DNA of 63,709 bases, counting the filler, from Choristocarpus tenellus KU-1152 (Eukaryota; Protista; Phaeophyceae), in NCBI GenBank assembly GCA_964200185.2. It is 10 parts of 10 records of this genome, joined end to end, with 100 filler letters (N's around TTAATTAATTAA, not from the genome) between each part and the next. Parts side by side here need not be neighbours in the genome. Positions count along the whole stretch, not along the records: positions 47,582 to 57,742 come from CAXNAD020003112.1; positions 57,843 to 60,644 come from CAXNAD020024620.1; positions 60,745 to 63,709 come from CAXNAD020023315.1; 7 more parts are not named here. One strand, 5' to 3'. The notes below the pieces were generated by a model. The model was not told the origin of the DNA. It did not search any database and saw nothing but the letters and a program-made list of their open reading frames with translations. Below are positions 50,501 through 62,327 of this stretch, in pieces; the first letter of the stretch is position 1, and the number at the start of each line of letters is the position of its first letter. The position numbers and the translations under genes were made by a program.

Positions 50501-53500
50501 TCAGTATATAACTCTCACATCTTTAAGACAGCAAGACTTGGCTCAATGGTTGGTGTCAGTCATAAAAACATCCTCATTGTACATTTAACTACTGAGTTAT
50601 ACATCATATCAATCACCTTACCATTTGAGATTCAAAAGTTGTACTTGTGGGGGAGGGGGAGTATTTCGGTGAAAGATAAGGTAGAAGGTGTACAGAAATG
50701 GTCATCTCCTGAGTCAAAAGACAGTTTCGACATCAAGAGCTGACCACACAAGTATGGTCATATGTATACACATCTATGAAGCTCGAAATACTTCAAATAT
50801 ACTTCAAATATACCTCTCACAATAACCCTAACACTGTCAACTTCCCTTTCCACAAATAACAAACCTTGACACTGCCACCCTTCTCCACAGCAACAGGCCC
50901 CAGCTTGTTGTGTGAACAGTCGTTATGCTCCAGCGAGACCACCCCTCCCCCCAGAACCGCCACCCCTGCACCCCCATTCCAATATATGTAACTGTCATTC
51001 AAGACTGCCTTCCCCTTGGTTCCAACCTCCACTCCAGCACCCCCGCTGCCCTTCACTTCACAACCTGCCAGCGCCACAGAGCCACCCTGTAGCGACAGAA
51101 TTCCTGGACCTGGGGAGGAGTCCACATTACATTTCTCTAGAAACAAAACAGACCCCTGATCAACCACACTCAAGGCTGGAGCACCAAGAGCTGCACCCTT
51201 GTTGCCCACATGGCATGAAGTCATCTGTGGGAGTGGAAGAAGGTGAACATGTGGAGCGATTTGACTTCCATCTGTGGGGTGGGCAAAATCTTAGTTACGT
51301 CATTTTGTTGGAGCAGGGGAATGCATTGAGTTTTACAGCTTTGAAGTGCTACATAGCATGGGCCATACATGCATAGGGTTTTCAGGTCACCTAAAGAGAG
51401 TACAAGACAAATTCGAAGGATGTGCAGTGGGGGTAGGGTTAGGGTGTGTGCTTGGGGGATACATCCATAAAAGGAGTCATTCTGAAAAAGTGGAGATGAT
51501 CTTAAGCCATAGACCCACCATGATTTGATACAATTTATTTGATACAATTGTATAACATCAATACCATGTATCTTCACTGAAACTTATCCATACAAGAAAA
51601 CCACTGAGGTACACTAACAAAAATATAGTATCACAAACAGGAACTCTAAAAATAAAGTAATAACGCAACGAATGATGGAGCCTTTCTCATGATGCATGCC
51701 CAACACAAAAACATAAAAACCAAGAATTGCTAGTAGTACTACTAGTACTACTCCAAAATAGCACATGAGATATCTTAAATAGCCTTTCATCATCTGCAAC
51801 ATTCAAGAGTAATGTAATATTAAAAAGGTTGACCACAGTAAGACCTGGAGAATAATACATGAATACAATAAACCCTGAGTAATTTTTTCCCAAACAAGAA
51901 CAATTGTCTTCAAGATACGGTCAGTGTGATGTGACTGTTGCCCTGTCCTGCTACCACAATACTTTGTCTGATCAAAACCTGATCAGAACCAAACTGCTCT
52001 CAATTCATAAAATTTCACTGTATGTGTATACCATTCCCGGACCGGTTCAGTCTCTTTCTTTCCATCTACATCCACACTCCAGTACAACAAATAAGATTAT
52101 ATTTAAACAAAAATTGCACCACAAGAAAGTAAACAAACAGCATCAGTGAAGGAGAAAACACACACACTTCTACACTCAGAACAAATTTCCCGTGTCACAC
52201 ACCTGAAGCTTCCCCCCCCCTGAAACGGACACCAAGGCACCCTGCAGGGGGCAGGGTTTAGGCCTTCGCAGTGTGAGTCCAAGGAACAAGCCCTTCCCCG
52301 CTGACCACAGAAAGCCTCCAGTTATCTCCAGCACAACCCTTGCAGGATCTCTCTTGTCTCCAACTAATCGAACAGATTTGTCCACATTCAAGTCCCCCTA
52401 GAATCATCAGAGTGGGGCAGTGAGGGGTGATGAAGGGGAGCAAAGAAGGGAGGCAAGAATAACAACAACAAAAAGGAGCACTTAGTTATTATTGAAGTTT
52501 GTGGACATCTAGTTGTGCCCTTGGGTGTTGTCTCATATGAATTTGAATTTATTATGGACGTACGGAGTTTGGTCTTTCTAGACAGCTTGCATCACTTGTT
52601 AATCATTAGAGTATTATTTACTATTGTTGTTTTATGATCACTGAATGTGCTAGTTGATACTGTATTTAAAAAGCTCTATAAAGTACAACAGCCTCAAAAA
52701 TGGAACAGAAATCAACACAAAAGAGAAGGGGACTCGACAATACTCATAATACTACTAATAAAAACAGTAATGGAGAGTTGATATCATCGTAAGGTATACC
52801 ACCACTGCTGAGAAGGAGTTGAAAATGATTGTTGCATGATAAAATATAAAAAATCCAAGGAGTGTACCACACATGGACCAAAGGGTTCAAAGTACTAGCA
52901 CTATGCATATCAAGTCATGACTATTAAAATACATAAAAAGGTACACACACACACACACACACGCAAAGAAGGTATTTTTTAATTGTATTTTTGAATCTAT
53001 GCGTTCCTTTGACAGAAACAGGTCGATCGATCACTGGTTCATCTAAAAAGCTTTTTAAAAGCTGTCCCTCAGCATAAGAAAAAATAGGTCCTACCGAGAC
53101 TCGAACTCGGGGCGTGAGATTCAGAGTCTCAAGTGTTACCGACTACACCATAAGACCACTTATATATGTAGAGAGAAAACCAAAACTATAAATCAGCACA
53201 TTACACAAAGGAAAAAGCGTATGGTACAAATTCGAAATGAATAAAAAAAAAGAAAAGACAAAACAGAAAAGCTCCTTTATTTCTATATTACTATCATATC
53301 GTTATTCTTTCAACTATCAGGTAGTATACCTGAGTCAGACCACAGTAAATAAAAAAAGGAAGAGTCATTATAATACTACTAACCCTAACCTCCTTCAAAA
53401 GTGTGGATCCCTATGAACATGTTGACCTTGTTCTCTTGGGGATATCACAAAATGACTGGGGAGTGGCCACAAAATTAGAGAAGAGGGGGGGGGGATGGCA

Positions 53501-55822
53501 TACATGGTGCAGGCAAGGTCATAGACAACAAGGCACATACCTCCCAATGGTGCCCAGGCCCTAGCACAATTGTGTCCCCGGCTTCTGACGAGGCCAACGC
53601 CTCTGCCAGAGAGGTGAAAGATCCCTCCTCAAGGTGTGGACCTCCACGCAATCTGCCTTTTGTAACCCCCATTCCCCCCCCCACCTTGGCAGGAGCACCA
53701 TTGGATACTCCAGAGGGCTCAACCTTGACACTTTGGACATCAGCCTCTACTGGCAGGACCTGTTGTCAAGTTATACATACATATGGTATATATAGAGGTA
53801 TTTTTCCAAACACCACAAACCATTTAAAAGAAAATGAAGTATAAACTGAAAAAATACTAAAAATGAGTATAATAATGTTTCTTATTTGATAAATTACCAT
53901 AAACCACTTTCAAAAACACCAATGTTGATATGGTAAATAAAATAATGCTATAATTGAGACAACCATTATTTTGTTACCACAAATAAAAGAAAATAACCAT
54001 GTACAAGCACTTCCAACTACTAACCAAGCAGGGCAAACCTTGCTCTAGGAACATGTTTTATACCACCTGCTCTTCCAACTACAAACATACTATATTTGCA
54101 ACATGCGATAAACATGCACTGTAAACGGTCTTGTCATCCATTGCTCACGGTATATTGTACTGCATCAAATAAATAGTACACAATGGCCTGTCCTATTCCG
54201 CCAACTGTACAACCAAACAGATACCCATTGTTTTCTTGAAGGTGTGTCACCTTTGGCAGTGTGTGCATATGTGAAATCACTGAAGGGTAAGTAATTGTTA
54301 GACCTCTTCAAGGGAAAAATAGCATATGAGTATGAGGCAAGTAGCCTCATGATCTCGTACAAAATGTTGATATAGATACACCTTACATGTCTGCATGTCA
54401 CCCAATGAGGGAGGGAAAGGCACCAAGACATCAATCATCAAGCCATTCGAAGTCCTTCACCACATACATTTAGATGTAGTGCATATTCCCCTTCCCTCAG
54501 GATTGCACATGCCTAGGCTCCAGGAGGGTGTCTCACAAAATAAAGTGAGGTGTTGGAATACCTCAATACAATAGTACATTTTATTATAATCATATTTGAA
54601 TGTCAGATTAACTCAAAGGATAAATACATCCACAATATCTTGAAACCTTATTCTAAACCCAACATTAACCCTTGATTGATTGACACCTACAATTAATAAT
54701 AATAAATACATATGTATATTATCATCGGTATGTATATAAATATAATATAATATAATATATATATACATCAATAATAAAGAAGATACTTTGGTATGACCCT
54801 CACCTTCTTGTTGAAGCTGTCATGCAAGGCACCCTCTGCCCAGGTGCTGCTCACCCTGGCAGCAGCAAACCTCTCCGGCAAGGTTGGAAGAAAGGACAAG
54901 ACTCTAAGCAACAATGGCTGTGGGATACCTGCATACCGCCTCTCCAGGGCCCTCTTGTGTAACTCCCTTTCCATCACTACTGCAGGAGTGTCCCACATTG
55001 CCTCCCCTGGGAGTTCAAAAGTTAGGAATGGCATCCAAAACAACACCAATTTGTAAATAGAGCGCACAATGTATCATTCATAGAATGACAATAGAATGAC
55101 ATTAGAATGACAATAGGATGACATTAGGGTTAGGGTTGGAGTGATGTCAGAGAGTGGAAATGCAAAAGGAGTAGGGAATCCGGGTAAGGGTTAACTACTC
55201 TGTAATAGGACTGATTGAAGGCAAAAGTTTACTCTTCTTAGATACAGTGTATGCACCAGACAACATAAAATCTGTATTTTTGGGAAGATAAAAAATTGAC
55301 CACGGGGGAGATTTCTTTAACTATTATTATTATTATTGACACGTCATTGTTCTATACTGAGATCACTGCTAACAGCTGCCTATGGTAGAACCCGCTCTAT
55401 AAAAAAAAAAGTTAGGGAAAAGATACAAAACCATTTCTGCTAGCTTCATCAATTTTGTGGGTTCAAATCCCTTCACACCTTTTTTTGCATTATTTGTTTT
55501 CTATAATGGAGAAGGTCAGTATGATGATAGTCACAGATATCCACCACTGTCTTTTTGTAACTGACGTAACTGCTAAGATAATTACTTCTGTCAATGCCAA
55601 CATATACAAAAAAACACAGTAACTACATGCACAAAATTGTTGGATGGTGAAGAGGCACTACTCTTACATGTCAGAAATGGTGACTAGTGAGTGCAAGTTT
55701 GGAAGTGGAGTCATATTGTAAGAATCGACCAAAATAAATGCGTTTCAAATATATGGATACCATGCAAGAGCACAGAACAGTAGTAATATTAATAGTCTGT
55801 TCCTCTCTGTTCCTGACAATTA

Positions 55823-55853
<31 letters not shown>

Positions 55854-57086
55854 GCCGTTCACTGCAGATTGCACATCCTTTGTACCCCACATTCAACATT
55901 GATAAACCTACCACTTACTTCGCTATAAAGTCCCACACTATTCTTATTATAATTACTACTACTAAAATCCAATACAGGGTTAGGGTTGTCTTCCCTGCTT
56001 GGAAGGGAATTGAGAAATAATAGAAATAATAATACTTGAGAAAGCGGACCCCCTCGCTTGGGATTTGAGCCCATATTTTTTTTTCTCTTCTTTTTTCCAC
56101 TATTTTATTTCTCTTTGAAGGTCCTTATCTTTTTCTCAAGCATTATGCATTACCATCTTTGGAATACATCTTTGGACTACCACCTCCTTACACCACAGGT
56201 TTGGGATCCCTCTCAGGGTAATGCAATGGTAAAAATATATATACTTGGTGTAGATCATGGTTAAAAAATAGTACACGAGGCTAGAGGCTTGGTCCCATAG
56301 TGATGCATCAATATATTGACAGAAGTCATCAAGCCAAGTAGACTCCCCTCCCCCAAGTCTGCATGTCCTACCATGTCCCACCTGTATCAAGGTTGTACCA
56401 GAAGGGCAATTTTGATATACCATCTATGCGACTCTGCCAAGCCTCTCCAGTGAGAACCCTCTTCTTCCTTGCAGATACAGCTCGAGACCTCTCCCTCGAA
56501 AAGAGCCTTCGCTGCAAAACAACCTATATAAAAATAATGGTAAAATTCAGGTTTAGAAAAACAACTGCAAAGGGAGGTGATTCAACTATCCTAAAAGAAA
56601 AAAAAAAGTGTTTAACAATTGGCAGACCAAACTAATGCACAAAAAGGGTACACACTCAAAACAAGAAAAAAAAGAGGAAAACCTGAATTTAACCATTTTC
56701 ATTGCAAAACAAAAACGTATACATGCCACTGTGCAGTAGAGTGCTTCAATACCAAGACAAGCAGATCACATGTGAAATATTTCACTATATATATAATATA
56801 AGACTAAATTCAAAAAAGCATGCAGAGAGCAACAAACTGCATCATGAATACCCTAAATACCCTACTGGAATCAAGCTATCGAGGTAGGTTCACTTTTGTG
56901 ACACAGATGTGGAGGAAACTCTTCAATCAATACTATAAAAACACCCCCCTCCCCCCACCCTTGCCCATGCATTCTCACTCCATCTATCCATCCATCTTTG
57001 TGTCTTACTCACATGTCTGGTGCCTACATGACAGGCCAATAACTCCCCTGTCTCCATCTGACGCCTTTCCTCCACCGCCTTCTCAG
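47582..57086 (-). CDS. Large protein, internal part: WW + F-box + right-handed beta-helix + long low-complexity tail
   Basis: In-frame exons 57013-57086, 56382-56523, 54804-55006, 53541-53759, 52203-52397, 50865-51224, 49877-50278, 49484-49600, 48987-49102, 47582-48659. WW: WQSRID..PFWYNLDTGEAMWDTP. F-box: IPQPLLLRVLSFLP..ARVSSTW. Then SLAEAL..GDTIVLGPG and beta-helix repeats (GAGVEV, NGGAGVAV). Confidence 0.85.
53086..53157 (-). tRNA. tRNA-Gln (CTG), intronic
   Basis: Exact reverse complement of 38203-38274, with a T-run terminator on the minus strand. Confidence 0.97.
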
Positions 57087-57842
57087 CTACCAAGGAACAA
57101 ATTTTGTAAAAAAAATAAATCAAAAAGTGGAGTTGAGGAGTTGAGTTGAGAATTTAAAAAGTAGAGTTGAGAATGTTACTATTATTATTACTATCATTAT
57201 TAGTGTGGTATTCGACAGTGAACCTATTCTTACTAATATTATTATTATTATTATTGTTGTTGTAGGACATAGCAAGGGTAAACATTTGATATAAACAAAT
57301 TTCAAATTTAAATTTTGAACACCTGTTCCCATACAAAAAAAGTTCGAGTTTGTTTCCTTGATGGTCAAATACCCAATACCTAATACATGTAAATCGTGAC
57401 AACATGTACTCAGTAGGATTGTAGGATATACATACATAAATCCTTCTACATAGAGAACAACCATTTAACACTATAATCACTATCAACCTGGTTGAGGGGA
57501 CCTCATGTAATAATATAGGGTGATTAGAAAAGGAGAACAGAGGATTCCATGGGCAGGCAGGCAGGAGGGCAGGCAGGCAGGTCGATTCTAATTGGTACAT
57601 CTGCTCAAATCTCTACTGGAATAGAGCTCTCTGTTAGCATCATCACAGGATGATAGTAGCATCATGCCCTCTTTGGTCTTTCAATAATATGATGTACCTC
57701 TTATATACCCTAAACTTGTACCTCAACCTGTCTCTCTCTCCCNNNNNNNNNNNNNNNNNNNNNNNNNNNNNNNNNNNNNNNNNNNNTTAATTAATTAANN
57801 NNNNNNNNNNNNNNNNNNNNNNNNNNNNNNNNNNNNNNNNNN

Positions 57843-57883
57843 CCCAAATGGACGCGGCTCTACCCTCTAAGATACATTGGCTC
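57843..57883 (-). mobile_element. MITE terminus (GAGCCAAAGTATCTTAGAGGG subfamily)
   Basis: CCCAAATGGACGCGGCTCTACCCTCTAAGATACATTGGCTC, near-identical to 23659-23699. Confidence 0.8.
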
Positions 57884-58347
57884 ATAATGAGAAATAAATT
57901 AATAGATATATATATAAAAGACTGAAGAAAGATAGAACAAAACAAGGAATTAAGGGGATCAGGTACCTATTCGGATAAAGAGGAGAAAAAAAAAGTTAAG
58001 CAAGGGATAGTGGAAAAAAAAGGAAAAAATGGAAAAAAAAACAAAAGAATAATATAAAATAAAAGGGGGAAAAAAAATCCATGGAATAAAGGGGGTCAGG
58101 TACCTGATGTACACAGAAAAAATATACATTTTCAAAAACACAAAATGACAAAAAATAAAAATAAAAAACCTTACATAAATTGCTATCTGTTCTGATGTGG
58201 GTTATTTCGTGGTTCCAACTTCTGCTATCCTATCTTCCATGCAGGGACTACCTATTTCATGCTTACCACAGGCAATAATCATTATCTGGATAATAAATAT
58301 CCATCACCTTAGATCATGCTGCAGTGGCATACAAATTGCCATTTGGT

Positions 58348-58444
58348 AACATAGGGGCTTCAGTTCCGACTCTGCCAGTTGTTTCCAACATAGGGACTCC
58401 AGTTCCGACTCTGCCAGTTGTGTTCAATATAGGGACTCCAGTCC
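58348..58444. repeat. 39-bp tandem repeat, about 2.5 copies
   Basis: AACATAGGG[G/A]CT[T/C]CAGTTCCGACTCTGCCAGTTG.. Confidence 0.85.
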
Positions 58445-60769
58445 ATATTAACCCATGGATTCCAACAATGATCAACATATCCCCTCGTTTCCTTTGAGAA
58501 TGGATCCCCAAAAGTCGTAAGGCACAGTCAAGATCAATGTATGTCTGACCAGATAAGAGTATATACTTTTATTAAAAAATATATGTAACTCCAACTAGCC
58601 CCAAAAGAGGTCAACAAATATTCTTGTTCAACCTAGGAAATTTTTCCGAAGGGTCACAGAATACCATTAGAGTCAGATTGCCCCTGGCCTAGTCTGAGTA
58701 TACATTTGCTCTTTCTGAAGCACACCTTCAAAATTTACAAAGTTTGTATCTCTGACATGCCCTAAAATCAATGGGTCCCCAGTTCCAATCACATTAATCA
58801 CAACTGTGATTAATCTATCCACGTTTCCTTCAAGGTGTCCATAAGGTCACACAATGCAATCCCCGTTCAACTGTGTCTGCCCTAATCCAAGCATACACTT
58901 GTTTCTTTTGAACTGGACCTTCAAAGTTTCAAAATACATAGCTCTGATTGGGTATACAATTCATGCATCTTCCGTTCCAATCTTCCCGGCTAGATAAATG
59001 CAAGTCCTATCAAAGATTAGACTTCTATTATTCATGATCTACTCGGCATCTGATTATTGCCTGTCCTATGCCCCCCATGCACAAAGCATACTCAAGGTTG
59101 CTAGTGCGCAAAACAGGCAATGTCAAAAATTAAGATAAATAAATAAATAAGGGTCAAATAGTACTAATAATAAATAAAGAGAAGAAACTAAAAAATAAAA
59201 AATAAAACTGACAAAGAAAATAAATAGAAACTGACAGTAGTAGATAAAAAAAACAATATGTGGATGATGAGGGTAACAAAGAGGAAACTGAATAACAAAA
59301 TAAAAGAAAAAAGAAAAGAAGTCGGTAAATAAGGAGAGTAACAACTATGAAAAGAAAATGAATTAAAAATCAGGGGATGATGGGATGAGAACCAAAAATA
59401 AACAAACACTAGAAAAACAGAAGTGAGACCTAGAAGATACAAAAAACAGAGAATCCAAGATCACAGAGAGTTGTTATAACGTAGAAAAGAGGAAAAAAAA
59501 AGAAAAAGTAGTGAGTTCAGTGTTTATATTTTCTAAGGACTTCAGTCTATACAACCGATGTATATTACTGTGTGCTCTAATGTTGGCAGCTTCATTTTAA
59601 CTTCTGCTGTCTCACATTCCTTTCAGTTACTATGATTATCATTGCTACAATCTCTTGTTCTAGTATGTACCGGTTGAACCTCACCTTGTCCTTCAGGCAT
59701 ACAGTTGATACCTGCTGGGAGGTTTTCTAGAGGAGGCACTCATCTCTCTCCTGCTGAATTCCTCCTTACCTCCATCCTTCAACCATACCGTCCAGTGGGG
59801 TGACTTGAACTCAAAAACTGGACCCTGTCCTACCGGTCTCTTCAGCTTTCATCCTTCCACAATGTTTGACACTAGTAGTTATAGGGAAGAGACGTAACAC
59901 ATCCTCTCAGGGCAACAGTTGTTCTTGGGTGGTAACATTAGTTGGGCATGGTCTTGTGTTAGGGTTGTGAAGGTCCTAGAAGGTACGATAAACATCCAAC
60001 TGTAGTAAGGTAAAGCTGTTCATTTCTTTTGTTTTGTTGCCTGGTCTGACAACTATCCATTTTAGAACTTTCCTTTGTACTACAATGCCATTTGCTAAGG
60101 TCTGACAGGGGTACATTGTTACTGCTCGATCTGAGTGTTGGAATGTTGACAAAAGGTACCCATGGTGACAGTAGTGATGGTTGGGAGTATAGACCTTCTC
60201 TAAATGACAGTTCACTCTAGTGTTGTCTACAAAATGTAGCTCCAAAAAATATTTCCGTAAGGCAGCCCCACCATTATCCTAAAAGTCACATTGCGCACTT
60301 TTTCCTCTGGGGAAAACGCTATTAGAAGCTTGCATGACCTCAGTACCAGCATTGGTGGAATATTGCACCCTCTGGGGTTTGCTGCATGTAAGGTACCTTT
60401 GCGTACCATGTTGAGCTTGTGCAATATAGGCTGATAGTCTATATGGTTTATACATGTTTAGTGAACACTAGTAGACAACAGGAATTTTGACTAAATGGAA
60501 CAAGTGTCATTGACTTGTGTTCGTGTGAGTAAAGTGATGAGGCCGAATCTCAGATGATCAATTTCTTATTGCTTGATATAAATGGACTGATGGATGAGTT
60601 CTGACATAGTACTAGCTACACAGGATAAGTGACATAGTACGATGNNNNNNNNNNNNNNNNNNNNNNNNNNNNNNNNNNNNNNNNNNNNTTAATTAATTAA
60701 NNNNNNNNNNNNNNNNNNNNNNNNNNNNNNNNNNNNNNNNNNNNCCCTTAGGGCTGGGGTCAAAGCCCA

Positions 60770-60819
60770 GGGTCAAAGTATCTGGGGGGGGGGGGGTGCC
60801 GGCGTCCGTTCTTGACCCC
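60770..60819 (+). mobile_element. MITE terminus/fragment
   Basis: GGGTCAAAGTATCT(G)nTGCCGGCGTCCGTTCTTGACC. Confidence 0.75.
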
Positions 60820-61021
60820 CAGCTGTTTTCAGGAATGGGTTCAAGGTAGTCACATGGAGACATGCAAGAATCTATGTTGACTGGCAATCAGCATGGCAGA
60901 CAGAGGGGAGACCGCAAAACGTCAAGCACTGACTGCACTAAGAGATATAGTTTAGATAATGTGAAATTAGGAAAACTTCCACACAAATAACTCACTGTGA
61001 TATTTCCAAAATCGCAGCAAC

Positions 61022-62327
61022 CTTGGACTCTGTGAGGACCCCGAGTTCATTAAGCTGTTGCAGACTTGTAGGGTGATCTGCACTTATGGTAAAGCCCGCC
61101 AGGTCTGAAATCTGAAATTGGAAGAGGTGAATGACATACAATTTTTTCATACAATTTTTGGGAAAATCAGAAAATCTTCATGGACTATTTAGCAGAGAGG
61201 CGCACAAATTATGTTATCATTGTTTTTGAAAAGAAACTCTGGATATTTGTCATCAAGAAATCATTTTTAGAAGCAGGCAAGCGCTGTACCATATCTTATA
61301 TTACATTTTCTATTCCATTACCACTTTTAGCTGAAACAAAAAGAGGATCGCTTGTGTCCATACTGACTACATCTTCTACCTACTCTTTGATAATGACATG
61401 TGCTGCCAGGCAAGCCGAGTTGCAAATGGGCTTAAACCACAAAGCACAATGAGTTATCGGTATTTCAGGTTTGAATTACTCCCGCAGTGTCAGCTTCACG
61501 TCCTCACCAAAAACTTCATTTGTGTAACAAAAAAAAGTCTGATCAATAGAAAAAAATAATCTCACGAGATGAAAAGCAAGACCACAAATGAAACTTGATG
61601 TCCAATGCAAAGCACTTCTGAGCACTTCATGTTTTTGAGACGTAATGTCATTCTTTCATGAGTCATTTCTATGTCCTTAGACAATCTCCCCCAGTACAAT
61701 ACATTGATTTATTTTGCTTCATTTCTTGCCCCTACATGGCGTCATTTCCCTCACCAGATGATGTGCTCGTCATACATCTATATAAAAAATTCTTGGTCAT
61801 TCAAGGGTTGATCACTGGATGTGCCTGACACTCCTACAGAGGGTGCCTTCTGCTGCAAAAGTCAAATTACGAATTTGGTTTTGATAGGACCTATGTTGCA
61901 TGCATTTATGTTCAAAGAAAGCCAATTGAGAAAGATAAACATGGTAGACTTCATGCTGCTCCAGGGTACATACCATAAGTACTCAAGGGTATGTTCTGAG
62001 TTCTAGAATTTTCAAAAGCTACGGCATTTTATTTGTGCTGAATCCGAAACCTGCGGACTCCAAAGCTCAAAAAAAAAATCTTCTCCACTATTTCTTTGTT
62101 GAAATTGCAACCTCTTAGGCATGGGCAACAAGATTTGTCCCGAAGGGAGGGACCATTGCAGGAGAATCACCTGCTCCCAGTGATTGCTTCTCAGGTGGGG
62201 ATTAGCCAATGCCCGCATGCTGGGAAAGTCTTTTTCCACAATCCGCAGCTGCGTTAGGGATTCCTGAACTGCTTTCGCATGATTCATGTTCTTTGTAGAC
62301 AACATTATTTTCAGTAGTTCCTCCAGC
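61022..62327 (-). CDS. Dynein heavy chain, internal exons (N-terminal region 2/linker)
   Basis: Exons 62171-62327 and 61022-61111: ..FPSMRALANPHLRSNHWEQ ISDLAGFTI..TSLQQLNELGV, matching the DHC_N2 motif LxNPxLRxRHWxxI. Confidence 0.7.

Noticed and set aside
39347-57086. Apparent ubiquitin-ligase cluster (F-box/LRR, RING, F-box/beta-helix)
   Set aside because: The three genes are on separate contigs joined by artificial linkers, so linkage is unsupported
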